The position numbers and the translations under genes were made by a program. This document shows, in pieces, positions 31,570 to 40,191 of a stretch of 40,191 bases of DNA. Source of the DNA: a virus; UHGV virus genome UHGV-1553673; one strand, written 5' to 3'. Positions within the stretch are counted from its first letter, which is position 1. Every line of letters begins with the position of its first letter. The notes beneath the pieces were generated by a model. The model was not told where the DNA came from. It did not search any database and saw only the letters and a program-made list of their open reading frames with translations.

Positions 31570-33566
31570 TGGCTAAAGCATGGAAAGATGTTATCGCCTC
31601 TCCACAGTATCAGGCGTTAGCACCAGAACAAAAAGCGCAGGCTCAGGAGCAATACTTCAATGAAGTCGTGGCCCCGCAAGCCGGAGAAAATGCAGAGCAG
31701 GCTAAGCAAGCTTTCTATGCTGCCTATCCATTGCCATCTGTGCAGCCAGTGGAGACACAACAACCAGAAGCACAGCAACAACCACAGCAAAGTGGATTTA
31801 TGTCTGATCTTGGCGAAGCAGTAAAAGAGACTGGTCGCGGACTGGTGCAGGCTGGCGTGAACGTGGCAAACATACCTGCATCAGTTGCAGATGCTGTAAC
31901 AAGCGCGGCGGCTTGGGCTGGCGGTAAACTCGGCATTGGCGATGGTACATATCACCCAGCGCCACGAGTAACAACGCAGGGATTAGAGCAGGACTTTGGC
32001 CTTCAGCAAGGCGCGCTGACTCCACAAACGACAGAGGGAAGGGTATTTGCTGAAGCATTGCCTTACCTCACTCCTGCTGGCGTTGAGAGAGCGGCAACAC
32101 AGGCACCAACACTTGCTGGTCGAATTGCTCAGGGTGCAACTCGCCTTCTCGCTGAAAACGCAGTTGGATCACTTGCTGCAAATAGTGCGAAAGATGATGC
32201 GGAAGCACTCGCCACCGATTTAGGCGTTGGTGTGCTGGCTGGCGGTGCTATTAACGCTGCCGGACGTGGATTAGGTGCTGCTTATCGTGGCGTACGTGGT
32301 GCTATTGCGCCAGAAGCGCAGCAGGCTATCAGATTTGCAGAGCGTGAAGGAGTTCCTCTGCACACCACAGACCTGTTACAACCAACTTCACGCGTCGGAA
32401 AAATGGCGCAGACTACAGCAGAAAATATCCCTCTGGCTGGCACAAGCGGAATGAGAGCAACGCAACAGGAAGCGAGAAGCCAGTTGGTGCAGAGATTTGC
32501 TGATAAATTCGGTGAGTATGATCCAGCTGTTGTTATTGACAGCCTTAAAGCGAAAACATCAGGAATTCGTCGTGCCGCCGGTAATCGACTGGAGCAGGTT
32601 CAGAATGCTATGGCTGGAGTAAACATTCAGCCTGCACGAGCAATTCAGCAGATTGATACAGAAATATCTAACCTGCAGAAGCTTGGTAAGGTTGCTGATA
32701 ACGAGACTATTTCAAAACTTCAGTCATATCGTGATGAGCTTGTTCGCAATGCTGGTCCTGATGGTCCGGTAAATCTGGATTTGAAGCAATTAAGCGACCT
32801 GCGCAGCCAGTTCAGAATGGACGTGAAGGGTGAGCGACCAGTGTTACCAAACCGTTCCGATGCCGCCATTCAGCGCGTTTACAAGGCGATGACAGACGAT
32901 ATCAATGGTGCCATTGGTCAGAATCTTGGCAACGATACTCTCCGTAAATATCAGCAGGCCAATGCCGTCTACGCTGACGAAGCAGCGAAACTAAAGAATA
33001 CCAGGCTGAAGAATGTTCTCATGAAAGGCGATCTGACGCCGGAAGTTGTCAACAACATGCTATTCAGCAAGAACAAATCTGAAATTAAGACGCTGTATAA
33101 CTCAGTTGGTCGTGTTGGCAGGGCGCAAATGCGCAATGGCATCATTGGAAAGGCGATGGAGAAATCTGGCGGATCCCCTGACCAGTTCCTTCGGCAGCTT
33201 AACATCCTGCAAAACCAGACTGGCATCACATTTAAGGGGCAGGACGCTGCTTATCTGAAAGGATTGAAAAACTACCTGCAATCCACGCAGCAGGCTGCAA
33301 AAGCGGCAGTAACAACACCCACAGGACAGCAAACTATCCCGTTCATTATTGGGTATGGGACGGCAATGAACCCGGCGACAACTGGCGCAGCAGTAAGCTA
33401 CGGACTTCTTACTCGCGCCTATGAGAGCGAGCCATTCAGAAATGCAATGCTCCGAATGGCAAACACCCCACGCGGATCAACAGCCTTTGAGAAAGCAATG
33501 CAGCAGGCACAAAATGCAATTAACGCTCTGACGCAGGGGGCTAAGTCTGATGCGTTGTCAGAATAG
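31569..33566 (+). CDS. Ejection protein (P22 gp16-like)
   Basis: 665 aa; synteny after gp20. Confidence 0.75.
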   Translation: MAKAWKDVIASPQYQALAPEQKAQAQEQYFNEVVAPQAGENAEQAKQAFYAAYPLPSVQPVETQQPEAQQQPQQSGFMSDLGEAVKETGRGLVQAGVNVANIPASVADAVTSAAAWAGGKLGIGDGTYHPAPRVTTQGLEQDFGLQQGALTPQTTEGRVFAEALPYLTPAGVERAATQAPTLAGRIAQGATRLLAENAVGSLAANSAKDDAEALATDLGVGVLAGGAINAAGRGLGAAYRGVRGAIAPEAQQAIRFAEREGVPLHTTDLLQPTSRVGKMAQTTAENIPLAGTSGMRATQQEARSQLVQRFADKFGEYDPAVVIDSLKAKTSGIRRAAGNRLEQVQNAMAGVNIQPARAIQQIDTEISNLQKLGKVADNETISKLQSYRDELVRNAGPDGPVNLDLKQLSDLRSQFRMDVKGERPVLPNRSDAAIQRVYKAMTDDINGAIGQNLGNDTLRKYQQANAVYADEAAKLKNTRLKNVLMKGDLTPEVVNNMLFSKNKSEIKTLYNSVGRVGRAQMRNGIIGKAMEKSGGSPDQFLRQLNILQNQTGITFKGQDAAYLKGLKNYLQSTQQAAKAAVTTPTGQQTIPFIIGYGTAMNPATTGAAVSYGLLTRAYESEPFRNAMLRMANTPRGSTAFEKAMQQAQNAINALTQGAKSDALSE

Positions 33567-33655
33567 CTCTGCAAATACCAGGAAAGTGCAAAAACCAAAT
33601 ATGTAGAATGCAATATTCATCATATCTCTTTGCATAAATCCTCCGTAATGGATGG

Positions 33656-33916
33656 TTAGTTGCTGTCTTTTTTATATAGCTCCTTGAGCGTATCAAAGAC
33701 AATTTTCTTAACCATATCAGATTGTTGTTCTGCCATACGCTCTGCATCGTCAATGTAAACTGATGCAGAGCTTTGTTTAGTCAATGATTCTTCAATCGCT
33801 GCAATTATCTCAGAGTTCAGCGACCTGTTATTCATCTTCGCGCGCTGTTTAATTTTCTCGTGGAGTTCATGCGGAAGTCTCAAGTGAAACTGCGCCTCGT
33901 CGTATTTGCTGTACAT
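33656..33916 (-). CDS. mnt: Mnt-type ribbon-helix-helix repressor (immI)
   Basis: C-terminus DDAERMAEQQSDMVKKIVFDTLKELYKK closely resembles P22 Mnt; RHH motif at the N-terminus. Confidence 0.8.
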   Translation of the reverse strand: MYSKYDEAQFHLRLPHELHEKIKQRAKMNNRSLNSEIIAAIEESLTKQSSASVYIDDAERMAEQQSDMVKKIVFDTLKELYKKDSN

Positions 33917-34047
33917 CCTTGATGCCTCACCAGTTGGGTGGAATGGCATCGTAACCTACTGGATAAATACTCAATAGTACCATTTCGGTATGCAATCACA
34001 TCATGGTTGCATCATATCATTCGTCTGGAGCAATGAAATGTCAGATA

Positions 34048-34548
34048 TCACCTACTCAACAGATGGTCAGCAACCATGTTTGCTGCCTTATAAGCTATAG
34101 CCGCTTCATCAATGGTGTTGAATCTCCCAAGGGTTATGTTTTTACCTGAGACATTTATCTGAGCTTGCCATTGATTTCTGGCTTGACAGAAAGTTACCCC
34201 CTTGATTCCAGCATTGCTATTTCTAGGTCCGACATTTAATGCATTTACGACTCTGCTGACATCCCTAAGGTTTGAGATTGCGTTATTTCTTCTGTTTCTA
34301 TCAATGTGGTCAATCTCTTGTTTGGGCCATTCGCCATATACATACAGCCAGGCAAGTCTATGTGCAAAATATCTTACGCCATCAATATTAATTGCGTTAT
34401 ATCCATAAGAAATTGTGCCAGCAACTTTCCCAACAGCACCTCTGGCGCTTAATTTCTTTTTCCAAGTGAAAATTCCTGTTTCTTTATTGTAATCGAGAAC
34501 CTCCATAAGGCGCTCCCGAGTTACTACCTCGTGACGTCTCTTACTCAT
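34048..34548 (-). CDS. HNH homing-type endonuclease with AP2-like DNA-binding domain
   Basis: HNH block [33 protein letters not shown]; AP2-like [17 protein letters not shown]; GGAGA RBS before the ATG at 34548. Confidence 0.75.
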   Translation of the reverse strand: MSKRRHEVVTRERLMEVLDYNKETGIFTWKKKLSARGAVGKVAGTISYGYNAINIDGVRYFAHRLAWLYVYGEWPKQEIDHIDRNRRNNAISNLRDVSRVVNALNVGPRNSNAGIKGVTFCQARNQWQAQINVSGKNITLGRFNTIDEAAIAYKAANMVADHLLSR

Positions 34549-34570
34549 TATTTTCTCCGGAATGTTTATT

Positions 34571-36745
34571 ATGCCAGAACAATTATACAACGTTGTTGTT
34601 TCACAACCAAGTCAGTTATTTACTTTAGCTCGCTCGTTTAAAGCAAATGCCAATGGCAAAATTTATATAGGAAAAATTGACACTAACCCGGTAAATCCTG
34701 AAAACCAGATTCAGGTTTATGTGGAGAACGAAGACGGCTCTCACGTTCCTGTTTCGCAACCAATCATCATTAACGCTGCTGGTTATCCTGTATATAACGG
34801 ACAGATTGCCAAATTCGTTACTGTACAGGGCCATTCTATGGCTGTTTATGATGCGTACGGTGCTCAGCAGTTCTATTTCCCTAATGTACTGAAATATGAC
34901 CCCGACCAATTCAGTATTGACATCGTTAATCAGCTTGCTCAAACGGGTAAATATTTAGATGATGAAAGTAAAGGTGATGCGTTAATTGGCGTTAAACAGC
35001 CTTTTTTTGATGCAATAAGAAGGACTCAGCATGATAAAAATTCTGACCTGCTATCCATACAAGATTTAGGGGCAATAAGTGGCTTAGCTAATCCAGAGGT
35101 GGATGACAAAGTTATTTCTGTGCTTAATGCTAATGCTGGATTGTTAATTCCTGCTGGATTTGTCTACGTGACATCTAAGCCAATAGCTACATCGGCAGGT
35201 AAAGTCTTTAGCATCGTATGCCCAAATGGAAGGGCCACCATCAAAGCATCAGGAAACTATGCAATGTTCACTCAACCAGGCATGTTCAAATTTGAGAGAT
35301 GTCTTTTTGAAAACATACTGTTTATTGGTAATGGAGTATCTGATCTGAAATCAGTGTTCATGGAGGCTGATGATGGTGAGTGGGTGGCTAACTTTGCAAC
35401 ATATAACTGCTCATGGGAAGCATTCCATACTATATGGAATGCTTCATGGATTGCAGTATATCATTATTACCCTAAATTTAAATCTGTGAACGATTCAGGA
35501 TATATTCTTACTACGAATAAGTCTGGTGCAAATAACTTTGCAGCATTCAATCTCAATGTTATGGATAACCCAATATTCGAAAACTGTAGAGCAAGAATTT
35601 ACTTCGATATAACAGGTGGATTTAATTTTACCATCAACAATCCATGGATTGAGAAAGGTGAGGTTTTTGGTGGTGCATTTTTTAGACTAAGGCAGTTCTT
35701 TAATTTCAAAGTTATTGATGGTTGGTTTGAGTATTTCAAAGGGGGAAATTTTCTGTACTTAAGAACAGATGGCACAGAGAATACACAATCTGACAACATA
35801 ACTTTTGATGGGATGCACATTAATAACTCTCGCTCTGATTCAGAATTTAAAGGATTGGTTTTAATGGATCAGCCGCAATATGCAGAGAATTATACCGATC
35901 CTAAATTTACGTTTAAGAATATTGTAGAACACAATAGCTCTTCTTCAGGATGGTACTTACTAAAATCCGGTGATGTTACCAATCGCTCAGAATCACTTAC
36001 CGTAATAGAAAATCTTCGTCTTAAATATGGACATCCACCTTGCTCAGATGGAATGACTATAGCAAGAACACAAGACGGAAATAGCCCAGACATTAAAAAC
36101 TCTACAAGAAACCTTAGCACTAATGGTTTACAGTTTCTGCCTAGAGCCTTTCAAACAACAACATACCGGACAAAAAATGGAGAATATCAGCAACAACAAA
36201 TAGTTGATAGTACATCTAATATAGCATACTGGAATATCGGTACCTCAACGGTTCTCGTGTGGGGCGTAGATTATGTTAGGCCTGGTCGGCAGAACGCTCA
36301 AACATGTGGAACGTCAGCATATGCATGGTCAGGTGGGTATACACAAACAGCTTTTCAGGTCACGTCAGACAGAAACTCAAAAACAGAAGAGTCACAAATA
36401 CCTGATGCTGTTCTCGACGCCTGGGGTGACGTTCAGTATGTATCATATAAATTAAAGGCAAGCGTGGCAGAAAAAGGTAGTAAAGCCCGGAGACATATTG
36501 GGGTCATAGCCCAAGACATCAAGACAGCTTTTGAATCACATGGGGTTGATCCATTCGAATATGGCATACTATGTTATGACAATACCCCAGCAACAGAAGC
36601 TGTTTACGATATTTTAGAAGATGGTACTCAGGTAATGCTTCAGGAGGCACGTGATGCTCACTCAGGTTACACTGTACGCTACGAAGAAATACTTTGTCTT
36701 GAGGCTGCATATATGCGTAGAGAGATAAAAAGGATGCAGAAATAA
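34571..36745 (+). CDS. Tailspike: P22-like N-terminal head-binding domain, distinct central beta-helix domain, C-terminal intramolecular chaperone (S74-type) domain
   Basis: N-terminus aligns to P22 gp9 (VVVS.P...F...[33 protein letters not shown]); C-terminal ...[10 protein letters not shown]... chaperone-like module. Confidence 0.85.
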   Translation: MPEQLYNVVVSQPSQLFTLARSFKANANGKIYIGKIDTNPVNPENQIQVYVENEDGSHVPVSQPIIINAAGYPVYNGQIAKFVTVQGHSMAVYDAYGAQQFYFPNVLKYDPDQFSIDIVNQLAQTGKYLDDESKGDALIGVKQPFFDAIRRTQHDKNSDLLSIQDLGAISGLANPEVDDKVISVLNANAGLLIPAGFVYVTSKPIATSAGKVFSIVCPNGRATIKASGNYAMFTQPGMFKFERCLFENILFIGNGVSDLKSVFMEADDGEWVANFATYNCSWEAFHTIWNASWIAVYHYYPKFKSVNDSGYILTTNKSGANNFAAFNLNVMDNPIFENCRARIYFDITGGFNFTINNPWIEKGEVFGGAFFRLRQFFNFKVIDGWFEYFKGGNFLYLRTDGTENTQSDNITFDGMHINNSRSDSEFKGLVLMDQPQYAENYTDPKFTFKNIVEHNSSSSGWYLLKSGDVTNRSESLTVIENLRLKYGHPPCSDGMTIARTQDGNSPDIKNSTRNLSTNGLQFLPRAFQTTTYRTKNGEYQQQQIVDSTSNIAYWNIGTSTVLVWGVDYVRPGRQNAQTCGTSAYAWSGGYTQTAFQVTSDRNSKTEESQIPDAVLDAWGDVQYVSYKLKASVAEKGSKARRHIGVIAQDIKTAFESHGVDPFEYGILCYDNTPATEAVYDILEDGTQVMLQEARDAHSGYTVRYEEILCLEAAYMRREIKRMQK

Positions 36746-36774
36746 ACAAACGCAATAGTCTATAGTTATTATCT

Positions 36775-36812
36775 ATATACCACCTCAACATAAGAGGTGG
36801 TATATTTTTTTG
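36775..36812 (+). terminator. Rho-independent terminator after the tailspike gene
   Basis: 12-bp stem ATATACCACCTC / GAGGTGGTATAT followed by T7. Confidence 0.75.
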
Positions 36813-36837
36813 GGGAGCGACTAATAAATTATATATT

Positions 36838-38625
36838 TTATTTCAAAGATTGAAGTAAGTCTGTTTTTTTGTCTAAGACTTCTCCAATGTAACTTGCTCC
36901 ATATTTCGTTAGATGGTTTGCATCATATGATAAAAATTTGCCATTCTCATCAAAAACTCTAACCATTCCATTGTTGTCTTTTATAAGGTCAAACAAATCT
37001 ATGTAGTCATCGCCAAAAATCATTTTCGCCTTATTGTTAAACTCTATATATCTTGATAGCGGGTATGTTTTTGCTAAAACTCTGTCATTAAGAGACAGGT
37101 TAACAGCAAAGTTATTGTTATACCCGAAGTTTTTTGTGCCAATCAAGTACATTTTTGCAGTTGTTTTTGATTTTATGTAATCGTAACAGTGTTTTAACTT
37201 TTCAACGTTATTATTATAGTCGCCTGCACCCCAATTCTCCGAATATAAAATAATGTCTGAGTCATTCAAGTAGTAATCTAATTTATTTTTATTATCTATT
37301 GACCAATCACATCCACCCTCAAAATATACAATATTAAGATCATTTGTTTTAATCTTTGTAGATATTGCATTAATTAAATCTCTCGCATATGAGTTACCCA
37401 TGATTAATATTTTCTTTCCATTGTCTGAGAACTCAATATTCTTTAATTTCTTCGGGCTATCCACATACTCCTGTGGATTTCCTCCATATGCAAGATCAGG
37501 CCTGATATTTTGCAATCCATATGTTTTGTGCATCAAAATTCCTGATGCTGATAACACCAACGAAAATGCTAATGTATATGATAAGATTTTTTTTGTAGAT
37601 GTTTTTCTCTTGTTTCTGAATGGTTTTTCTACAAAAACATAAGACATCCACGATATAATAAAAATTAAAGGAATGGATGCGATAAAATATGTTGTTGACG
37701 GTTCAAATTTTGAGTTTAATCTTATAAATGCAAAAACAGGTTGATGCCAAAGGTATAGAGAATAACTTATCATGCCACATAACACAATTGGTTTTATTGA
37801 CATGAGCTTTCCAATTCCTTTAGATGCATTTGAATGCATTAAAAACAAACATGCACCAAGAACTGGAAATAATGTTTCAAATCCAGGGTGTGATTTTTTA
37901 CCATTCACAATGAAGTAACTTGATATTATCAATAAAAAACCAAGGTATGCTAAGATGTTACTTTTTCTTTTTATTTTATAGTGCGCAATAGCGGCAACCC
38001 CACCAAGAGCAATCTCCCACGCCCTTGAAGGGAGCATAAGAAATGAAAGCTCCATATTATGCACTGTTGTAATTGTTGCATATAAAAAACTGGCAATTGA
38101 TATTACCAGTAAAAACATAAAACTATTCTTTATTAGTTTATTATGATTTATTGAGTAAATTATATATATTATTACAGGGGCTACAAGATAATACTGTTCT
38201 TCTACAGCAAGACTCCATGTGTGATACAATGGTTTAAATTCAGATGCTGTAGACCAATATCCTGACGTTAAGTACAATAATATATTGTTTGCTGAAAAAA
38301 TTGTTGCAACAACTGATTGACCTAGATTCTTTAGGTCATATGGAACCATCATAAATAATGATATAATGAATGTTACTGATGTCATTAGAATTAATGCAGG
38401 CGCAATTCTACGAACCCTTCTCTCATAAAACCCAGAGAATGTAAATGTTCTATTGCTGCATTCTTTCAGCAAAATGCTGGTAATTAAAAAACCACTAATA
38501 ACAAAAAAAACATCTACTCCAAGAAAGCCGCCAGGAATCCATTGAACACCTGCATGAAAAAAGATAACAGGTAAAACAGCTAATGTTCTCAACCCATCAA
38601 TTTCGGGTCTGTATTTCAGTTCCAT
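36838..38625 (-). CDS. O-antigen acyltransferase, OafA/Oac-type (acyltransferase-3 membrane domain + SGNH domain); lysogenic conversion gene
   Basis: 595 aa; multi-TM N-terminal half (MELKYRPEIDGLRTLAVLPVIFFHAG...); C-terminal GNSYARD SGNH-like motif; strongly AT-rich. Confidence 0.8.
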   Translation of the reverse strand: MELKYRPEIDGLRTLAVLPVIFFHAGVQWIPGGFLGVDVFFVISGFLITSILLKECSNRTFTFSGFYERRVRRIAPALILMTSVTFIISLFMMVPYDLKNLGQSVVATIFSANNILLYLTSGYWSTASEFKPLYHTWSLAVEEQYYLVAPVIIYIIYSINHNKLIKNSFMFLLVISIASFLYATITTVHNMELSFLMLPSRAWEIALGGVAAIAHYKIKRKSNILAYLGFLLIISSYFIVNGKKSHPGFETLFPVLGACLFLMHSNASKGIGKLMSIKPIVLCGMISYSLYLWHQPVFAFIRLNSKFEPSTTYFIASIPLIFIISWMSYVFVEKPFRNKRKTSTKKILSYTLAFSLVLSASGILMHKTYGLQNIRPDLAYGGNPQEYVDSPKKLKNIEFSDNGKKILIMGNSYARDLINAISTKIKTNDLNIVYFEGGCDWSIDNKNKLDYYLNDSDIILYSENWGAGDYNNNVEKLKHCYDYIKSKTTAKMYLIGTKNFGYNNNFAVNLSLNDRVLAKTYPLSRYIEFNNKAKMIFGDDYIDLFDLIKDNNGMVRVFDENGKFLSYDANHLTKYGASYIGEVLDKKTDLLQSLK

Positions 38626-38797
38626 ATGTTATACCATTTAATGTTAATTACATCAAAAAAAGACGAATGCTACATGTGTGATTGTTTCTGTGGAAACATG
38701 TTAAATTTATTTGTATTCTATCATTGCTGTGAATCATGATCGATACTGTGACTATGCAATGTTATTCTAATTTTTGCTCATGCATGGGAAAACAATT

Positions 38798-39979
38798 TCA
38801 TTGATGTGGCCTAAAAGTTGCGCTATTTTTCTCTCCATCAAGCCAATCTGCCCACCACTGCATCATTTCTCTGCGCTTATCTAGATACTGAGCATGGTTG
38901 TAAATCCCGCGCACAGATCCGCCGTTGGCATGTGCAAGTTGCACTTCAATAGCATCAGCAGGCCATTCGTGCTCGTTCATAATCGTGCTGAATTCATGCC
39001 TGAATCCGTGACCGCTTTCCAGACCCTCATAGCCGATTCGTTTGATCACAAGTAATACCGCGTTCTCGCAGATTGGCTTCTTCTTATCGTTACGCCCGGC
39101 AAAAACAAACTCTGATACTGGTTTGGTGATTGAGCTTAGCGTAGTGAGAAGTTCAACCACCTGGTCTGACATAGGAACCACATGAATTTTGCGTCCCTTC
39201 ATCACACTGGCGTCGATAGTGATAATCCTGTTTTCAAAATCGACGTTCTTCCATTGCATGGAACGAAGCTCTTTCGTTCTTAGGGCTGTGTAGCGTAAAA
39301 CTTTGGTCGCAATGAGCGATACGATGCTTCCTGAAAATGTTGCCAGTGCTTTGTTGAATGCCGGGATCTGGTCTGCAGGAAGAAACGGGAAGTTCTTCTT
39401 GCGGTATCCTTTCATGGCGTCAGCAAGGTCAGGTGCCGGGTTATATTTAGCCCTACCAGTGACAATAGCGTAACGGAAAACCTCGCCGCATCTTCTGCGG
39501 GCTTTATTTGCTCGCTCCATTGCACCGCGATCTTCAAATCTGCGGATTACTTCCAGTAGTTGCATCGGCTCAATATCCTGAATTTCAAGACCGCCGATGA
39601 TGGGTAAAATGTCGTCATCAAACATTTTTGCAAGTTCATTTGCATAGCCTACTGACCAGACTTGCTTCTTGTGCTCGTACCATTCCTTGTAAATGGCGCT
39701 AAAGGAATTGTTGTTAGATGAAGCCTTTTTCGCCTTTACCGGATCGATGCCAACCGAGATGTCTTTCCTCGCGGTCCATGCTTTATCCCTTGCTTCCTGC
39801 AAAGTCATAAGCGGATATTTTCCGACAGTCAGGATTTTCTCCTTACCGTCAATCTTGTAGCGAAGCTGCCATACCTTTTTCCCTGATACAGGGACATAAA
39901 GGTACAGGCCATTACCATCGAGTAGGCGGTATGGTTTTTCTTTCGGCTTTGCTGCTTCAATCTGCTTAACGGTGAGCAT
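38798..39979 (-). CDS. int: Tyrosine integrase, P4/IntS-type
   Basis: N-terminal arm-binding domain (LTVKQIEAAKPKEKPYRLLDGNGLYLYV...); C-terminal catalytic R..H..R..Y region; adjacent to the tRNA; the ORF extends to 40015 with a non-ATG start. Confidence 0.9.
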   Translation of the reverse strand: MLTVKQIEAAKPKEKPYRLLDGNGLYLYVPVSGKKVWQLRYKIDGKEKILTVGKYPLMTLQEARDKAWTARKDISVGIDPVKAKKASSNNNSFSAIYKEWYEHKKQVWSVGYANELAKMFDDDILPIIGGLEIQDIEPMQLLEVIRRFEDRGAMERANKARRRCGEVFRYAIVTGRAKYNPAPDLADAMKGYRKKNFPFLPADQIPAFNKALATFSGSIVSLIATKVLRYTALRTKELRSMQWKNVDFENRIITIDASVMKGRKIHVVPMSDQVVELLTTLSSITKPVSEFVFAGRNDKKKPICENAVLLVIKRIGYEGLESGHGFRHEFSTIMNEHEWPADAIEVQLAHANGGSVRGIYNHAQYLDKRREMMQWWADWLDGEKNSATFRPHQ

Positions 39980-40140
39980 GGGTAAAAATCCGGTGGGTAA
40001 AATTATTTTATCCACTTTTTACCCGTCATGGAGTGCGGCTGTCAACGATCTGACGCGAACCATGACGAACTGTGAATCTACGGAAGGCTTGATATTCAGG
40101 GGATTTTGCGGACTGGTACGGATGGAGGCGAACTGATAAA

Positions 40141-40155
40141 TGGTGTCCCCTGCAG
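40141..40155. repeat. att core copy inside the tRNA 3' end (integrase-proximal)
   Basis: Exact 15-nt repeat of 442-456. Confidence 0.7.
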
Positions 40156-40191
40156 GAATCGAACCTGCAATTAGCCCTTAGGAGGGGCTCG
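40141..40191 (-). tRNA. argW: tRNA-Arg (anticodon CCU), 3' portion; truncated by the window edge
   Basis: Minus strand reads ...AGCCC-CTCCTAA-GGGCT (anticodon stem-loop with CCT), T-arm GCAGG-TTCGATT-CCTGC, acceptor and ACCA. Confidence 0.85.

Noticed and set aside
33917-34047. Search for arc/ant or a small Arc-like ORF next to mnt
   Set aside because: The only plus-strand ORF (about 38 aa, [10 protein letters not shown]...) has no ribbon-helix-helix pattern and is antisense to the HNH gene end.

Overview
This window is almost entirely one near-complete lambdoid prophage (about 39.7 kb, roughly 442..40155) inserted at the 3' end of a tRNA-Arg(CCU) gene (argW-like) at the right edge. Calls come from reading the supplied ORF translations against remembered lambda and P22 protein sequences and from motifs I located by eye; no database search was run. 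Layout, left to right: AlpA-type excisionase, a minus-strand early-left operon (DUF551, three Ea22-like paralogs, SSB, Erf, N-like antiterminator), a CI/Cro/CII immunity region with nutL/nutR, an O-like initiator with internal ori iterons plus a DnaB-type helicase, a lambda-like nin region and Q, lambda S/R/Rz/Rz1 lysis genes, a P22-like packaging/head/ejection module, a remodelled immI region (Mnt kept, HNH-AP2 endonuclease where arc/ant would be), a mosaic tailspike, an AT-rich O-antigen acyltransferase conversion gene, and a P4/IntS-type integrase beside the tRNA. The best candidates for an undescribed system are (1) a tightly coupled two-gene operon (93 aa + 183 aa membrane-anchored) between the repressor gene and OL/pL, the position lambda uses for rexAB, and (2) an AT-rich island between the N gene and erf carrying an unrecognised 324-aa protein (terminator-insulated) and a 207-aa protein. 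Neither matches a family I can name, and function is inferred from position only.
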